Of a stretch of 64,000 nucleotides of DNA, positions 62,501 through 64,000 are shown piece after piece. The DNA is from Cyanophora paradoxa CCMP329. Lineage: Eukaryota; Plantae; Glaucophyta. The DNA lies in assembly GCA_004431415.1 (NCBI GenBank), contig QPMI01000542.1, forward strand, positions 434,001 through 498,000, read 5' to 3'. The position numbers were made by a program, and so were the translations under genes. Below the pieces are notes generated by a model. That model was not told the DNA's origin, searched no databases, and was given only the letters and a program-made list of their open reading frames with translations. Positions within the stretch are counted from its first letter, which is position 1, and every line of letters starts with the position of its first letter.

Positions 62501-64000
62501 AGAGCGGGGCGGAGCTGCGATGCTTCGCGGGCCACGAGGGCGAGGTCTCATCGGTGGCGATCTCGCCGGTGCACTGGGGGCGGGGCCGGGGCTCGGGGCC
62601 CGAGGCTGATTGCAGGTGCCTGGGGGCCTCTCGGCGGGCTGCAGGACGGGAAGCGTGCCGTGTCGGGGAGCAGCGACAAGACGCTGCGGATGTGGGACCT
62701 GGAGAGCGGGGCGGAGCTGCGGCGCCTCGAGGGCCACGAGGGCGCGGTCAACTCAGTGGCGATCTCGCGGGTGCTTAGAAGGCGGGCCGGAGCTCGGGTT
62801 CTAATCAAGAGTCTGATTGCAGGGGCCTCGCGATCGGGGGCCTCTTGGCGGGCCGCAGGACGGGAAGCGCGCCGTGTCGGGGGGCGACGACAAGACGCTG
62901 CGGGTGTGGGACCTGGAGAGCGGGGCGGAGCTGCGGCGCCTCGCGGGCCACGAGGGCGCGGTCAACTCAGTGGCAATCTCGCCGGTGTGTGGGGCGCAGG
63001 CTGGGGTTTGGGTCTGGGTCTGCGGCTGATAAATTGGGCCTCGGGGGCCTCTCGGGGGGCCGCAGGACGGGAAGCGCGCCGTGTCGGGGAGCTGGGACAA
63101 GACGCTGCGGGTGTGGGACCTGGAAAGCGGGGCGGAGCTGCGGCGCCTCGCTGGCCACGAAGGCGAGGTCACCTCAGTAGCGATCTCACCAGTGCGCAGG
63201 GGGCAGGGGCGGGGCTGGGGGCCCGAGGCTAATTGCAGGGGCCTCGGGGGCCTCTTGGCGGGCTGTAGGATGGGCAGCGCGCCGTGTCGGGGAGCAAAGA
63301 CAGGACGCTGCGGATGTGGGACCTGGAGAGCGGGGTGGAGCTGCGGCGCCTCGCGGGCAACGATTGGGCGGTCTCGTCGGTGGCGATCTCGCCGGTGCGC
63401 GGGGGCCGGGCTGGGGCTCGGGGTCTGAGGCTGATTGGGGGTGCCTTGTGGCCCCCTCGGTGGGTCGCAGGACGGGAAGCGTGCCGTGTCGGGGAGCGAA
63501 GGCCACTATATGCGGGTGTGGGACCTGGAGAGCGGGGCGGAGCTGCATGCGCAGCAACTTCATAACTCTGACTACACGGTCCTCTCGGTGGCAATCTCGC
63601 CGGTGCGTGGGGGTGGGCCGGGGCTGGGGGCCCGAGGCTGATCGCGGGTGGTTTGGGTGCCTCTCGGCGAGCTGCAGGACGGGAAGCGCGCCGTGTCGGG
63701 GAGCAACGACAAGACGCTGCGGGTGTGGGACCTGGAGAGCGGGGCGGAGCTGCGGCGCCTCGCGGGCAACGATTGGGCGGTCTCGTCGGTGGCGATCTCG
63801 CCGGTGCGCGGGGGCCGGGCTGGGGCTCGGGGTCTGAGGCTGATTGTGGTTGCCTTGGGCCCCCCTGGGTGGGTCGCAGGACGGGAAGCGCGTTGTTTCG
63901 GGGAGCGGCGACCTGTTTGGCAAAGACAACACGCTGCGGATGTGGGACCTGGAGAGTGGGTTGGAGCTGAGGTGCTTCGGGGGCAACGAGGGCGCGGTCA
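56577..64000 (+). CDS. NLR-like STAND protein: MGCGAS - Pro/Ala repeats - TIR - NACHT - pentapeptide repeats - WD40 array (runs off the window)
   Basis: TIR YDIFISHKQ..IFLDRDDL..SRSVLLLLTKDVFRSKFVLQEL; Walker A IAGEPGSSKST; Walker B LVLLLDAYDEL; VVVTCRS; NPFTL; FLHK-TLLEYFVA; SANAMTILNR..PGADL..GADLRGADL; then DGKRAVSGSxDKTLRVWDLESGAELRRLAGH repeats. Confidence 0.9.
56636..56995 (+). repeat. Coding ~30-bp tandem repeat (SAAPAPPQAE)n
   Basis: About 11 copies of TCTGCGGCACCTGCGCCCCCGCAG, in frame after MGCGAS. Confidence 0.88.
61412..64000 (+). repeat. Array of exon+intron units (~200 bp), one WD40 repeat per exon
   Basis: Exons begin AG|GAYGG at about 61412, 61615, 61824, 62024, 62226, 62443, 62645, 62859, 63066, 63269, 63471, 63678 and 63880. 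They mostly end TCGCCG|GT. The first is exactly 126 nt (61412-61537). Confidence 0.93.

Noticed and set aside
42410-64000. DGR-like RT-driven diversification of the WD40/LRR repeats
   Set aside because: The RT is an ordinary LINE-type enzyme, and there is no template/variable repeat pair with adenine-specific changes.

Overview
GC-rich, intron-dense eukaryotic nuclear DNA, probably from a primary-plastid alga. A glaucophyte such as Cyanophora is a tentative inference from a Phe-containing transit peptide and a GULO-type enzyme. The ORF track is largely spurious; the genes below were rebuilt by manual splicing. The left half (1-33 kb) holds F-box/LRR, R2R3-MYB, GT77 glycosyltransferase, gulonolactone-oxidase-like, LRR, AMMECR1, old-yellow-enzyme and AIFM2/FSP1-like genes plus four MITEs. 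The right half (33-64 kb) is a TE-rich island. It contains a gag-only LTR element with a duplicated 3' LTR and a nested poly(A) retrocopy, a frameshifted APE-RT-RNaseH LINE, and a 5'-truncated second AIFM2/FSP1 copy. It also contains two innate-immunity-like genes. One is an LRR-SAM-TIR protein whose TIR closely resembles the SARM1 NADase and which ends in a CaaX box. The other is an N-acylated TIR-NACHT-pentapeptide-WD40 NLR-like gene in which every WD40 repeat is its own phase-0 exon with hypervariable surface positions. These two genes are the best candidates for an undescribed membrane-anchored, diversifying TIR immune system. All family calls come from motif recognition, without database searches.
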